Shown here: piece after piece, positions 46,687 through 56,698 of the stretch
How positions within the stretch are numbered: the stretch's first letter is position 1
Layout of the letters: each line of letters opens with the position of its first letter
Made by a program: the position numbers and the translations under genes
Source: Desulfobaccales bacterium
Lineage (GTDB): Bacteria; Desulfobacterota; Desulfobaccia; Desulfobaccales; 0-14-0-80-60-11
Length of the DNA: 64,000 nt
Assembly (NCBI GenBank): GCA_052139855.1
Contig: JBKQVS010000045.1
Span: forward strand, 657-64,656
Direction of reading: 5' to 3'
Notes under the pieces: model-generated
Database searches by the model: none
The model's input: only the letters and a program-made list of their open reading frames with translations
Told to the model about the DNA's origin: nothing

Positions 46687-46953
46687 ATGATGAATTATCA
46701 AGACTTAAGTGAGCACGTGGGGGCTTTGGTCACGCTGCTGGGCCTGTTTGCCGGGGTGAGCGGCCTCCTGGTGTGGCGTATGCTGGTGCGCATGGAGAAG
46801 AAGGTGGACGAGCTGTCGCAGCATTTCTGCATCTGCCGTGAGGAGCTGGGGGACCGCTTCGTCCCCCGCTTCGAGCATGAGGTGGAACACCACGGCATGT
46901 GGGAGGCCCTCAATTACCACAGCCACGATATGCGGGGGAGGGTGGTGCGATGA
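46687..46953 (+). CDS. Membrane-anchored phage protein
   Basis: 88 aa with an N-terminal helix (VGALVTLLGLFAGVSGLLVW). Confidence 0.4.
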   Translation: MMNYQDLSEHVGALVTLLGLFAGVSGLLVWRMLVRMEKKVDELSQHFCICREELGDRFVPRFEHEVEHHGMWEALNYHSHDMRGRVVR

Positions 46954-47165
46954 GCGAAGATCGGGTGGATTGCCTGGTCAACCGTCTCCACGTGACCTGC
47001 CTCACCCTCATCCGGCTGAAGCGAGAGGCGGTCTATGGCCAGGACCCGGGCTTTTTGGAACTGCTGGGAGGATATTTATTGCACAGCCGCCGGTTAATGG
47101 ACCTCATCCGGGACCGGGAGGCCATGGGAAATCCGCACCGGCGGCATGGTTCGCCTCCCTGCTGA
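46950..47165 (+). CDS. Small phage protein
   Basis: 71 aa from an ATG at 46950 that overlaps the upstream stop (ATGA). Confidence 0.3.
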   Translation: MSEDRVDCLVNRLHVTCLTLIRLKREAVYGQDPGFLELLGGYLLHSRRLMDLIRDREAMGNPHRRHGSPPC

Positions 47166-47207
47166 GGTGATGAGCCGGGGCAGATCTCCCGGAGGGGGAG
47201 TTGGAGC

Positions 47208-47636
47208 ATGATCGAATATCCATGGATGGCGATTGCCAGAAGGAAACTTGGAATCCACGAAATCCCCGGCCCGGAGGCGAACGCCTTTATCGTGGAATGC
47301 CTGGAATCCACGACCCTGGGGTATCCTGAAAATCAATCGGATGAGACGGCCTGGTGTTCCGCCTTTGCCAACCGGGTCATGCAACTGGCCGGGTATGATG
47401 GCACCAATAACGCCTGGGCGAGATCGTGGCTCGATTGGGGCCGGGAGCCGACCGATGGAGAGTTCGGCGCAGGGGTAATAGTGATCCTGGAGCGGGGGGC
47501 AAACTCCGGCCACATCGGGTTTCTGGAGGATTGGGAGGATAACCGGGTAAAGCTCCTGGGCGGCAACCAGGGGAATGCCGTAAGTGAAGCCTGGTTCCCC
47601 ATGAGCCGGGTTTTGGGGTATCGGGTGCCTGCCTGA
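47208..47636 (+). CDS. Endolysin, NlpC/P60-CHAP-like (TIGR02594-type pattern)
   Basis: 142 aa with a Cys context ETAWCSAFANRVM and a His context GHIGF, at the end of the phage cluster after holin-like genes. Confidence 0.65.
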   Translation: MIEYPWMAIARRKLGIHEIPGPEANAFIVECLESTTLGYPENQSDETAWCSAFANRVMQLAGYDGTNNAWARSWLDWGREPTDGEFGAGVIVILERGANSGHIGFLEDWEDNRVKLLGGNQGNAVSEAWFPMSRVLGYRVPA

Positions 47637-47870
47637 AAAGCAATTTCCGCAAACGCCACGATTTGGTGGAGACCATCTCCGATCCAAGGAGCCCGCAACT
47701 CTCCATGAGGCGCGATTAAGCCTGGGTCAAGCCGCCGTCCGGGCTGCACGCGGCAAGCTGACGGCTGACCGCGCGGTTCCGGTCAGGCCGGATAAGACGG
47801 CAAACCGGCTCCGGTCCTTGACGGGCAGCGGTTTTTCTGATAGGGCTGTGCATCAGAGGGACGGCCGGGC

Positions 47871-48482
47871 ATGAACCTGTTGGATCTGGGCATCATTGTG
47901 CTTCTGGGCTTGATCACCCTGAGAGGCTATTACCGGGGCCTGTTTCAGGAGTTGGCGGTCCTGGTGGGGGTGGTGGGGGGCGTGGTGGTGGCGGCCCACA
48001 CCTACCTCCGCCTGGCGGTGATGTTGAAACCCTGGGTCACCGACCCCCAGCATGCCCGGTGGATCGCCTTTGCCGTGCTGTTCGTGGCCGTCTATTGGCT
48101 CACCCGGCTGGTGGCCCATTTTATCCAGCGCCTGCTCTACCATCTCTACCTGGATTTTTTTGACCGCCTCCTGGGCGGCACCTTTGCCCTGGCCAAAGGG
48201 GCGCTCCTGGTGGGATTCGCGCTGATGTTGCTGGGGGGAGTTCTGCCCAAGGATTCCCACCTGTTGAAAGGCTCCGTCGCCGCGCCCCATCTCATTTCTT
48301 TCGCCCGCCAATCTTTGGAATTGCTGCCACCGGACTTTAGGCAACGTCTGAACGATTACCTGAAGGAATGGCGCAAGCCCCGGGAAAATCGCCAGGTCGA
48401 GGAACCCCGGCCTCAGGAGGATCAGGAGCCCCGGACTCCGGCCGGGCCCAGCCGAAATTTGGGCAAGGGGCCCGGGGCCTGA
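47871..48482 (+). CDS. cvpA: CvpA family membrane protein
   Basis: 203 aa with an N-terminal MNLLDLGIIVLLGLITLRGYYRGLFQEL pattern and four helices. Confidence 0.8.
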   Translation: MNLLDLGIIVLLGLITLRGYYRGLFQELAVLVGVVGGVVVAAHTYLRLAVMLKPWVTDPQHARWIAFAVLFVAVYWLTRLVAHFIQRLLYHLYLDFFDRLLGGTFALAKGALLVGFALMLLGGVLPKDSHLLKGSVAAPHLISFARQSLELLPPDFRQRLNDYLKEWRKPRENRQVEEPRPQEDQEPRTPAGPSRNLGKGPGA

Positions 48483-48615
48483 AGCGGCGGGCTTATCCCA
48501 GACTCGTTTCTCCAAGGGCTATCTTCTTCATCCTTCACCCCGACCTCTCCCCTCAAGGGGAGGGGGCATAACGGCAAGAACTTTTGGCAATTGACCTCTG
48601 CTGGAGCTTGGCAAC

Positions 48616-49422
48616 ATGACCGGTAAAAACGGCAATCCGGGTGCGGCGCTGCAGGAATTTATGGCCATTGTGAGGCGCCTGCGGGGTCCGGGGGGGTGCC
48701 CCTGGGACGCGCAACAGACCCCGGAGACTTTGAAGACATATGTGCTGGAAGAAGCGTATGAACTGGTGGAGGCCCTGGACAGCGGCGATCCCGGCAAGAT
48801 CAAAGAGGAACTGGGGGACCTGCTGCTGCACCTGGTGTTTCTGAGCGACCTCTATGAGGAGCGGGGGAATTTTTCTCTGGCGGAAGTGATTGCGGGGATC
48901 GCGGCCAAGATGATCCACCGGCATCCGCATGTATTTGGGGACGCCCAGGCCGAGACCCAGGAAGAACTGCGCCGTCTCTGGCAGCAGGCCAAAGCCCAGG
49001 AGGGGAAGAGCCCGGCGGCCCCGGCCCTGGGCAAGGTCTCCCCGGCCCTGCCGGCCCTGGTTCAGGCCCAGCGTCTGGGGGAGGCCGCGGCCCGCATGGG
49101 TTTCGATTGGCCCAACCTCAAAGGCGCCCTGGACAAAGTCGAGGAGGAATGGCGGGAACTGCGTGAGGCCCTGTGCCAGCCCGCCAACCCGGCCTGGGAG
49201 GAGGAACTGGGGGACCTGCTCTTCTCCCTGGTCAACGTGGCCCGTTTCCTCAAGATCGATTCCGAAGGGGCGTTGCGGGGCACCATCTACAAGTTCATCA
49301 AGCGGTTTAACGTGGTGGAACGCACCCTGGCCAAGGAGGGCAAGACCCCGGAGACTGCCAGCCTGGAAGAGATGGACGCCATTTGGGAGGCCTGCAAAAA
49401 GGAGAAAGCCCCTGCCCCATGA
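48616..49422 (+). CDS. mazG: Nucleoside triphosphate pyrophosphohydrolase MazG
   Basis: 268 aa with tandem MazG domains (CPWDAQQTPETLKTYVLEEAYE, EELGDLLLHLV, EELGDLLFSLVNVAR). Confidence 0.9.
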   Translation: MTGKNGNPGAALQEFMAIVRRLRGPGGCPWDAQQTPETLKTYVLEEAYELVEALDSGDPGKIKEELGDLLLHLVFLSDLYEERGNFSLAEVIAGIAAKMIHRHPHVFGDAQAETQEELRRLWQQAKAQEGKSPAAPALGKVSPALPALVQAQRLGEAAARMGFDWPNLKGALDKVEEEWRELREALCQPANPAWEEELGDLLFSLVNVARFLKIDSEGALRGTIYKFIKRFNVVERTLAKEGKTPETASLEEMDAIWEACKKEKAPAP

Positions 49423-49533
49423 GGGCGCGGCCGCGGCGGGAGTCTATCCGGGGAGGGATTTTTTCCCGGGAAGAATCCTTGTCAAGGCCGGGGAAAGGTG
49501 ATAGATTTAACAAATTTAAGGGGTTAATGCGAT

Positions 49534-51366
49534 ATGCCAGCCGGCCGGTCCCGGGGAACTTTCCGCCTGAGCTTGATCATCGTCATCATCGTAACCGGGG
49601 CCACCCTGTTATCAATCCTCTTCTTTGCGTTCTGGCAGCGACTCAACCGCCAGGTTGAGGTCATCCTTCAAGAACAGTTCAATCAGCAGCAGTTGTTCCT
49701 CTCCCGGAAAATCGCCGACAACGTCGAGTCCTACTTCGACTTTCTGGAAAACGCGCTCATGGGTTATGCCGGGCTGTTCCAGACGACCTCCCCCGAGGAC
49801 CGGGAGATGGGCGCCGCCATGGAAGAGAGGTTTACCCGGCACCAGCGGTTCGGGATTCTTGAAATCCGCCGTTATAATGCGGCCGGGGTGGGCGTGCAGG
49901 TCTTCAGCACTTCCCCTACTCCCCCCGCGCCCGGCAGCCTTACCCTGGCGCCCGCCTTTCTTGACTGGGCCCAAAATCCGGCGCACCAGGGCCGGCTGTT
50001 CTTGAGCGAGACGTTCGTTTACCCTGATGCTCCCTGGAAGGGCCGGCGACTCATGCGGTTCCTGTCTCCACTTTACTGGCCGGGAGCCAACTCAAAATTG
50101 GCGGGGGTGGTGGAGTTTCTCATCGACCCCTTCTTTATCTGCCAGAGAGTCACGGCGGAGGTGCGGTCCGGTCAGACCGGCTATGCCTGGATCATCGATC
50201 AGGACGGCGTCTTCCTGGCCCACTATGAGAAAGAGTTTGTCGGCCAGGATGCCCTCCAAGTCAGGATAGAACGCAATCCCAACATCAGGTTCACGGGTCT
50301 CCGGGAGATCCAGGCCAACATCCTGTCGGGGAAGGAAGGCACGGGACAATACACCTCCGGCTGGCACCGTCAGCACCTGGGAGAGACCCCCAAGCTGGTG
50401 GCCTATACCCCCATCAGGTTTAATAAAGGATTGATCACCGGGGTCACGGAGGTCCAGGACCCGGCCCACAATCTCTGGGGGGTGGCGGTGGTGGCCCCGG
50501 TGGCGGAAGTGTCCGGCACGGTGGGGCAGGTGCTGCATCAGGAATTGTTCCTGGTGGGCCTGTTTTTTATCGTGGTGTTGGGGGCCGCGGGGGCGTTCAT
50601 CGGCGCCGCCTTTTTCTGGAACAAGAGTCTGAGCCGCCAGGTGGAGTTGAAGACCGAGGAACTCCTGGAGTCCCAGGAGCGCCTGCTGCGTTCGGAGCGG
50701 TTCGCGGCGGTGGGGGAAGCGGCCGCTTACGTCAGCCATGAAATCAAGAATCCCCTGATGGTCATCGGCGGCCTGGCCAGCCAGGTGGAGCGGCGCCTGC
50801 CGGATGACCCGGCGGCCCAGGAGAAACTGCGGATTATCCAGAATGAAGTGAAGCGTCTGGAGTCTTTCCTGGGGGAACTGCGGGATTTCCTGCGCCCCGT
50901 CCTGCCCAGCAAACAGGAAATCGACCTGAACCGGGTGATCCGGGACGTGAAAGCCTTGATGGGAGACGCCGTCGAGGAAAGGGGGATTCATCTGGAGACC
51001 CGCCTGGACCCGAACCTGCCTCCCCTAGAGGCCGACCCCAACCAGCTCGAGCAGGTCCTGCTGAATCTGGTCAAGAATGCCTTGGAGGCCACGGAGGAGA
51101 AGGGCACTATCGTGGTGAGCTCCGGGGCCAAGGACGGCCAGGTATGGTTTTCGGTCCAGGATACGGGCCGGGGGATGGCCGAGGACGTGCAGGAAAAGAT
51201 CTTTCATCCCTTTTACACCACCAAGGATAAGGGCACCGGCCTGGGGCTGGCGGTGATCAACAAGATTGTCACGGATCACCACGGCACCATTATGGTGGAC
51301 AGCGTCGCCGGAAGCGGCAGTACCTTCACGGTGAGATTACCGAGAAATAGCGTTGAAGCTGCGTAA
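49534..51366 (+). CDS. Sensor histidine kinase with a periplasmic Cache-like domain
   Basis: 610 aa with two transmembrane segments flanking a ~300-aa sensor region, an H-box (SHEIKNPL), and N and G boxes (NLVKNALEA, DTGRGM, GTGLGLA). Confidence 0.85.
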   Translation: MPAGRSRGTFRLSLIIVIIVTGATLLSILFFAFWQRLNRQVEVILQEQFNQQQLFLSRKIADNVESYFDFLENALMGYAGLFQTTSPEDREMGAAMEERFTRHQRFGILEIRRYNAAGVGVQVFSTSPTPPAPGSLTLAPAFLDWAQNPAHQGRLFLSETFVYPDAPWKGRRLMRFLSPLYWPGANSKLAGVVEFLIDPFFICQRVTAEVRSGQTGYAWIIDQDGVFLAHYEKEFVGQDALQVRIERNPNIRFTGLREIQANILSGKEGTGQYTSGWHRQHLGETPKLVAYTPIRFNKGLITGVTEVQDPAHNLWGVAVVAPVAEVSGTVGQVLHQELFLVGLFFIVVLGAAGAFIGAAFFWNKSLSRQVELKTEELLESQERLLRSERFAAVGEAAAYVSHEIKNPLMVIGGLASQVERRLPDDPAAQEKLRIIQNEVKRLESFLGELRDFLRPVLPSKQEIDLNRVIRDVKALMGDAVEERGIHLETRLDPNLPPLEADPNQLEQVLLNLVKNALEATEEKGTIVVSSGAKDGQVWFSVQDTGRGMAEDVQEKIFHPFYTTKDKGTGLGLAVINKIVTDHHGTIMVDSVAGSGSTFTVRLPRNSVEAA

Positions 51367-53605
51367 GCGCTTGCCTCCCAGCGCACCCCTGCCCCTGGAA
51401 CATCAAAAACGCCGCCGGGAACGCGTCCTCATCGCCATATCGCTGGTCCTGGTGGTGGGCATCACCTCCCTGGAAGTCCACCTGGTGCATCGGGGCGGCC
51501 AGCCGGTGACCGGCAGTCTCCTGGCCTTCGGTCTCCTGAATATCAATACCTTTCTCCTGCTCCTGTTCACCTTTCTGATTTTTCGCCACCTGTCCAAGCT
51601 CTTTTTCGAGAGGCGCCGCAAAGTATTCGGCTCGCGCCTGCGGACCCGGCTGGTCATGGCCTTCACTACCCTGACCCTAATGCCCACCCTCTTTCTCTTC
51701 GTTATGGCCTGGCAGCTGATGTCCAGCCGGGTGGATTACTCCTGGGACCGCCAGGTGGAGCAGTCCCTGGATCAGGCCCTGACCGTGAGCCGCACCATTT
51801 CCCAGGAGCTGAGCAGCAAGCTCAGGGCCTGCGGCCAACTGGTGAGCCTGGAGTTGGCCAAAAGAGAGGGCTGGCGCCAGGAAGAGCGGGGTTCCCTGGC
51901 AGCCTTCCTCAACCCGCGGCGGGAGGAATTTCAGCTGACCGGGCTGTCGGTCCTGGACACCCGGGGGACTATGGTGGCTGAGAGCGTGGCGCCGCAGGCG
52001 CCGGCGTTCCCGGCGATTGCCTGGCCAGAGGTCCAAGCCACCGCCGCGGCCCAGGACAAGATCATCCGGCAGCCCCTGCCGCACGGAGAACTCCTGACCC
52101 TGCCGGTGCCCCTCCGGGACGCGGCGGGCGCCCCGGCAGGTTATGTGATGGTGCGGGAACTCATCCCCCAGGCCCAACTCCTGCAGATCGCGGCCGCGGC
52201 CAAGAGTCTTCAGGACCTGCGCCGACGGCACCTGCTCTTCAGCCCGGTCAGGGTCAGCCATTACCTGACCCTGATCATCGTCACCCTCATCGCGATCATG
52301 GCCGCCATCTGGCTGGCCTTTTACCTGGCCCGGGAGATCACCACCCCCATCCGCCAACTGGCCGAAGGCACCGTGAAGGTGGCGGGGGGGAATTATGATA
52401 TCCACATTGATGAGGAAGGCCGGGATGAAATCGGCTTCCTGGTGCAATCCTTCAACAAGATGACCCACGATTTGCAGCAGAGCCAGGCGCAACTGGCTGC
52501 GACGTACCGTCAGTTGAGCGACAGCCATACCCTGATTTCGGCCCAGAAGCGGGACATGGAAATCCTGCTCAAGAACGTGGCGGCCGGGGTGATCGGCATC
52601 GACGCGGCCGGGCGGGTGACCAATATCAACGATTCCGCCGCCCAGATGCTGCGTCTGAAGCGGGAAGAGGTCATGGGGCAGGACTGCCGGATGCTTTTGC
52701 CTCCCGGGGAGTTTAACCGCATGGCCGAGGTGGTGGCCGCGGCCCGGAAATCTTCCCGGGGCGCGGTGGAGAAACCCCTGCATCTGGTTTTGCCGGATAA
52801 GACGCTGTATCTCCTGGTAAAGACCACGGCGCTGAGAGATGACGCGGGCCAGTACCTGGGAGTGGTGCTGGTATTCGAGGACTTGACGGAATTGGAAAGG
52901 GCTCAGCGGCTGGCGGCCTGGCGGGAGGTGGCCCGGCGGATCGCCCACGAAGTGAAGAATCCCCTGACGCCCATCAAGCTGGCGGCCCAGCGCCTGCAGC
53001 GCCGCTTTATCGGCCGCCTGGGCGAGGATGGACCCATCTTTGACGAATGCACCCAAGTCATCATCAAACAGGCGGATGAGATCAAGAACCTGGTGAATGA
53101 ATTTTCCCGGTTTTCGCGGCTGCCCCAGTTGACCCTGGCCCCCCAGGACCTCAACCAACTGGTCCAGGAAACCTTGCTGCTCTACCAGGAGGTCCAGCCC
53201 CGCATCACCCTGGCGTTTCATCCCGATAAGGCCCTGCCGCCCCTGCTCCTGGACGGGGAGCAGGTCAAGCGGCTGCTCCTGAACCTGCTGGATAACGCCC
53301 TGGCCTCCATCAAAGGCACGGGAACCATCACGGTCTCTCTGCGGAGAAGTCCGGCTGACGGCCGGGTGGAACTCACCGTGGCCGATACCGGCGTCGGGGT
53401 GCCGGACCGGGACAAGATCCGCATCTTCGAACCTTACTTCTCCACCAAGCGGGGCGGCACCGGCCTGGGGCTGGCCATTGTCAACTCCATCGTGGCGGAG
53501 CACCAGGGGTTTATCCGGGTGGAAGACAACGTGCCCCGGGGCGCCCGGTTTATCATCGACCTTCCTATGCATAGGGGCGAATATGCCGACTCTGCTGGTA
53601 GTTGA
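51353..53605 (+). CDS. ntrY: NtrY-like sensor histidine kinase (TM-HAMP-PAS-HisKA-HATPase)
   Basis: 750 aa with an H-box IAHEVKNPLTPIKLAAQRL typical of NtrY, plus HAMP and PAS segments. TTG start. Confidence 0.75.
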   Translation: MKLRKRLPPSAPLPLEHQKRRRERVLIAISLVLVVGITSLEVHLVHRGGQPVTGSLLAFGLLNINTFLLLLFTFLIFRHLSKLFFERRRKVFGSRLRTRLVMAFTTLTLMPTLFLFVMAWQLMSSRVDYSWDRQVEQSLDQALTVSRTISQELSSKLRACGQLVSLELAKREGWRQEERGSLAAFLNPRREEFQLTGLSVLDTRGTMVAESVAPQAPAFPAIAWPEVQATAAAQDKIIRQPLPHGELLTLPVPLRDAAGAPAGYVMVRELIPQAQLLQIAAAAKSLQDLRRRHLLFSPVRVSHYLTLIIVTLIAIMAAIWLAFYLAREITTPIRQLAEGTVKVAGGNYDIHIDEEGRDEIGFLVQSFNKMTHDLQQSQAQLAATYRQLSDSHTLISAQKRDMEILLKNVAAGVIGIDAAGRVTNINDSAAQMLRLKREEVMGQDCRMLLPPGEFNRMAEVVAAARKSSRGAVEKPLHLVLPDKTLYLLVKTTALRDDAGQYLGVVLVFEDLTELERAQRLAAWREVARRIAHEVKNPLTPIKLAAQRLQRRFIGRLGEDGPIFDECTQVIIKQADEIKNLVNEFSRFSRLPQLTLAPQDLNQLVQETLLLYQEVQPRITLAFHPDKALPPLLLDGEQVKRLLLNLLDNALASIKGTGTITVSLRRSPADGRVELTVADTGVGVPDRDKIRIFEPYFSTKRGGTGLGLAIVNSIVAEHQGFIRVEDNVPRGARFIIDLPMHRGEYADSAGS

Positions 53606-54962
53606 CGACGAGCCCCAGATCCTGCAGGTGATCTCGGGTATCCTGCAGGACGAAGGCTTCGAGGTGATCACCGCCCCGGACGGGGAGGCCGCCCTCAAGC
53701 TGGTGGGGGAGGAGGCCCCGGACCTGGTGCTCCTGGACATCGCCCTGCCGGGGATGGACGGCCTGGAGGTGCTCCAGGAGTTGAAGCGCCTCTACCCCTT
53801 CCTGCCGGTGGTGATAATTTCGGCCTATGGCTCGGTGGAAAACGCCGTAAAAGCCACCCGCCTGGGCGCCTATGACTTTATCGAAAAGCCGCCCAACGCC
53901 GACAAGATTCTCCTGACGGCGCGCAACGGCCTGGAGCTGGCCCGCCTGTCCGAGGAGAACCGGCGGCTGCGCCAGCAGGCGGCGCCGGTGCGGGAGATTA
54001 TCGGCAAGAGCGAGGCCATCCGCAAGCTGAGGGAGTCGCTGAACCTGGTGGCGCCCACCAACGCCTCGGTGCTCATCACCGGGGAAAACGGCACCGGCAA
54101 GGAGCTGGTGGCCAGGGCCCTCCATGCCTACAGCCGCCGGGCGCCACGCCCCTTCGTGGAGGTCAACTGCGCCGCAATTCCGGAAGACCTTATCGAAAGC
54201 GAGCTCTTCGGTCATGAGAAGGGGGCCTTTACCGGGGCCACGGACCGCCACCGGGGCAAATTCGACCTGGCCCATGAAGGCACCCTCTTCCTGGACGAAA
54301 TCGGGGATATGAGCCTGAAGACCCAGGCCAAGATCCTGCGCATCCTGGAAGAGCAGCGCTTCGAGCGGGTAGGGGGCCACCGGCCCATCCAGGTGGACGT
54401 GCGCATCGTGGCCGCCACCAACAAGAACCTGGAAGAAGAGATCGCCAAAGGGACTTTCCGGGAAGACCTCTATCACCGGATCAATGTCATTCCCCTTATC
54501 GTCCCGTCCCTGAAGGAGCGCCGGGAGGACATCCCCCTGTTGGCGGCGCACTTCCTCAAGGAGCTGGCCCGGGAAAACGATGCCCCGCCCAAGACGTTCA
54601 GCCCCGAGGCCCTGGAGGTTCTGGCGGTCCAGCCCTGGCCGGGGAACGTCCGGGAGCTGAAAAACTTCGTCTGGCGCCTGGCCATCCTCACCGCGGGAAC
54701 GACCATCGAAGTGGCCGACCTGCCGCTCACCGCCCAGGGCCTTACCCCGGAAGAGAGCGGCGAGGGCGAATTCATCGACCCGTTCCTCCAGGTGCCGTCC
54801 TTCCGGGAGGCCCGGGCATTGTTTGAGAAACAGTTCCTGCGGCGCAAACTGGAGGAATACCGGGGCAACGTCAGCCTGCTGGCCGAAAAGATCGGCCTGG
54901 AACGCTCCCACCTCTACCGCAAACTCAAAACCTACGGCCTGGAACCGAAGAAGGACGGGTAG
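53583..54962 (+). CDS. ntrX: Sigma-54-dependent response regulator (NtrX/NtrC family)
   Basis: ATG at 53583 (MPTLLVVDDEP). It has a receiver domain, an AAA+ domain (GENGTGKE, ELFGHEKGAFTGA) and a C-terminal HTH. Confidence 0.85.
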   Translation: MPTLLVVDDEPQILQVISGILQDEGFEVITAPDGEAALKLVGEEAPDLVLLDIALPGMDGLEVLQELKRLYPFLPVVIISAYGSVENAVKATRLGAYDFIEKPPNADKILLTARNGLELARLSEENRRLRQQAAPVREIIGKSEAIRKLRESLNLVAPTNASVLITGENGTGKELVARALHAYSRRAPRPFVEVNCAAIPEDLIESELFGHEKGAFTGATDRHRGKFDLAHEGTLFLDEIGDMSLKTQAKILRILEEQRFERVGGHRPIQVDVRIVAATNKNLEEEIAKGTFREDLYHRINVIPLIVPSLKERREDIPLLAAHFLKELARENDAPPKTFSPEALEVLAVQPWPGNVRELKNFVWRLAILTAGTTIEVADLPLTAQGLTPEESGEGEFIDPFLQVPSFREARALFEKQFLRRKLEEYRGNVSLLAEKIGLERSHLYRKLKTYGLEPKKDG

Positions 54963-55286
54963 GGCAGGCAAGAAACGGCCGGGCGCAAGAGGCGGGACTA
55001 GCACGCCGGCCCCCCCCTCACACACCATCCATCGAGACCTGATTAGACTTGATATGTTGGGGTAGACTTTAGCGCGCCGGCAGGGTCTCCAATACAACTC
55101 TGATAATCATAGAGAATGTTTTTGATTCGGATTTAAGGCGTTGATAGATAGCAGTAATCGGCACCCCTCTTGACCTCATCCGCTGAACTTTGCCTGGTTT
55201 AATCCGGTTCCCGCCTTTTGCTCTCCGGGCTTTCTGCAGTATCTCGGGCTGATACCTGTCTGGGCCGAGCTGCGTATGAACCTAAC

Positions 55287-55322
55287 CTCAGAGGCCGCCC
55301 GGACTGATGAGCGGCCTCTGAG
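55287..55322. terminator. 12-bp perfect stem-loop downstream of the aldo/keto reductase gene
   Basis: CTCAGAGGCCGC-12 nt-GCGGCCTCTGAG, 26 nt beyond the stop at 55348. No clear U-tract. Confidence 0.4.
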
Positions 55323-55347
55323 AAATTGCCTCATATGATTAATAGTT

Positions 55348-56583
55348 CTAGCCTAACATTGCCTCGGCTTGGCGCATGAGGGTGGCGATGGCCAAACCTT
55401 GGGGGCAGGCTTGCTCAGCCTGGGAAAAGTCCACCTTGGTCAACCGCTGCCGAATTTCCGGGGGCAGCCCGGCGAAGGTCTGCCGGGCCAGCTCCGGATC
55501 GCCATAGTACTGGTGGTACATGAGACAGCGCATAACGTCGTTCACGGGCACGGCGCCGCCCACGGCCTCCTGGCAGATTTTGCCGCAGCCGGCGCAGTAG
55601 TCGGACTTGGTCTCCAGGGCATATCGGCGCAAGGAGTCGAACTCCTCCCGGGCCAGTTTGGTCTGGTCCAGAGCTGCGGCTACGTTGGCCGAGAGGATGG
55701 TCAAGTTGGGCATCTGGGAGCAGATGCTGGCGATGTGAGGGTTTTCCCAGATGACTTTGAGCTTGGCCTGCTTGTCGGTGAAGCCCCGTTTCAGGAAGCG
55801 ATCGACCATTTCCAGCTTGGTTTCGCTGGCCATCTTCGGCGGCGCCGGCCTGCCGGCCTGGGACTTCATGGCCACCAAACCGATGCCGGCCTTGGCGCAA
55901 GCGTTTATGGCCTCCTGCATCTTGGGGTTGTTCATGATCTGGAAGTTATACGTGGTCATCACCGCGTCGATCCAGTCCAGCTTGGCTGCGCCCAGCAGAC
56001 AGTCATCCATGTTGGTATGGGTGCTGAAGCCGAAGGCTTTAATCTTGCCGGCCTTCTTCATCTCCGCGGCCCAATCCTTGAAGGGGGTCATTTCATCGAT
56101 GCCGGTGAGGGCGGGGACAAAGAAAAGATCCAGATAGCTTGTGTGCATCCTTTTCAGACATTTGTCCAACCGCTCGGTGTAGTTGCCGCCCTTGGCCTGC
56201 AGCTTGGTGACCAGGAAGAGCTCCTTACGAACCTCGGGGTTGCGGGCGATAAAGCGGCCGATCCCTTCCTCGCTCAGGGTATTGCCGTAGTGCTCGGCCG
56301 CATCCCAGAAGGTGACCCCCCATTTCACGGCCTGCTTGAGGAGCAGTTGATTGTTGATGGTGTCGAACATGCAGCCCAGGTTAAGGATGGAGACGTCCAC
56401 CCCGGTCTTGCCCAGGGGGCGTTTGGGCACGATCGTGGCCTTGGGCGCGGCCGGCGCCTCCGGGGCGGCCATGGCCCCAGTCACTCCGGCCCCGGCCACT
56501 GCGAGTCCGGCGAGTCCCACGGTCTTCACAAAATCCCGGCGCGTAAAGCCTTTACCTTCAGTCGTCCTGCTCATGGTAGTCAC
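55348..56583 (-). CDS. Tat-exported aldo/keto reductase with a C-terminal Cys cluster
   Basis: 411 aa with a twin-arginine signal (TRRDFVKTVGLAGLAVAGAG), an AKR fold pattern, and C-terminal CAGCGKIC...C...C. Confidence 0.8.
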   Translation of the reverse strand: MTTMSRTTEGKGFTRRDFVKTVGLAGLAVAGAGVTGAMAAPEAPAAPKATIVPKRPLGKTGVDVSILNLGCMFDTINNQLLLKQAVKWGVTFWDAAEHYGNTLSEEGIGRFIARNPEVRKELFLVTKLQAKGGNYTERLDKCLKRMHTSYLDLFFVPALTGIDEMTPFKDWAAEMKKAGKIKAFGFSTHTNMDDCLLGAAKLDWIDAVMTTYNFQIMNNPKMQEAINACAKAGIGLVAMKSQAGRPAPPKMASETKLEMVDRFLKRGFTDKQAKLKVIWENPHIASICSQMPNLTILSANVAAALDQTKLAREEFDSLRRYALETKSDYCAGCGKICQEAVGGAVPVNDVMRCLMYHQYYGDPELARQTFAGLPPEIRQRLTKVDFSQAEQACPQGLAIATLMRQAEAMLG

Positions 56584-56698
56584 CTCATAGGCTTATGATT
56601 CGCGGATTGTGCAAGACTAATTAGACCAAACCACGATTTGGCTGGGCGTGGCCTCCCTTAGCCTTTCCCCGTGCCATATATCTTCTACAGCGGCCAGC

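Noticed and set aside
55287-55335. CUGAUGA ... GAAA in and after the 12-bp hairpin, which is reminiscent of a hammerhead ribozyme core.
   Set aside because: The sequence between CUGAUGA and GAAA (GCGGCCTCTGA) cannot form the required stem II hairpin. The CUGAUGA simply lies in the loop of an ordinary stem-loop. The resemblance is judged coincidental.
56584-56698. Sigma-54 (TGGCAC-N5-TTGC) promoters, expected because an NtrC/NtrX-type activator is encoded nearby.
   Set aside because: Occurrences of TGGCAC in the window lack a correctly spaced TTGC. An example is TGGCACGGGGAAAGGC upstream of the reductase gene. No call was made.
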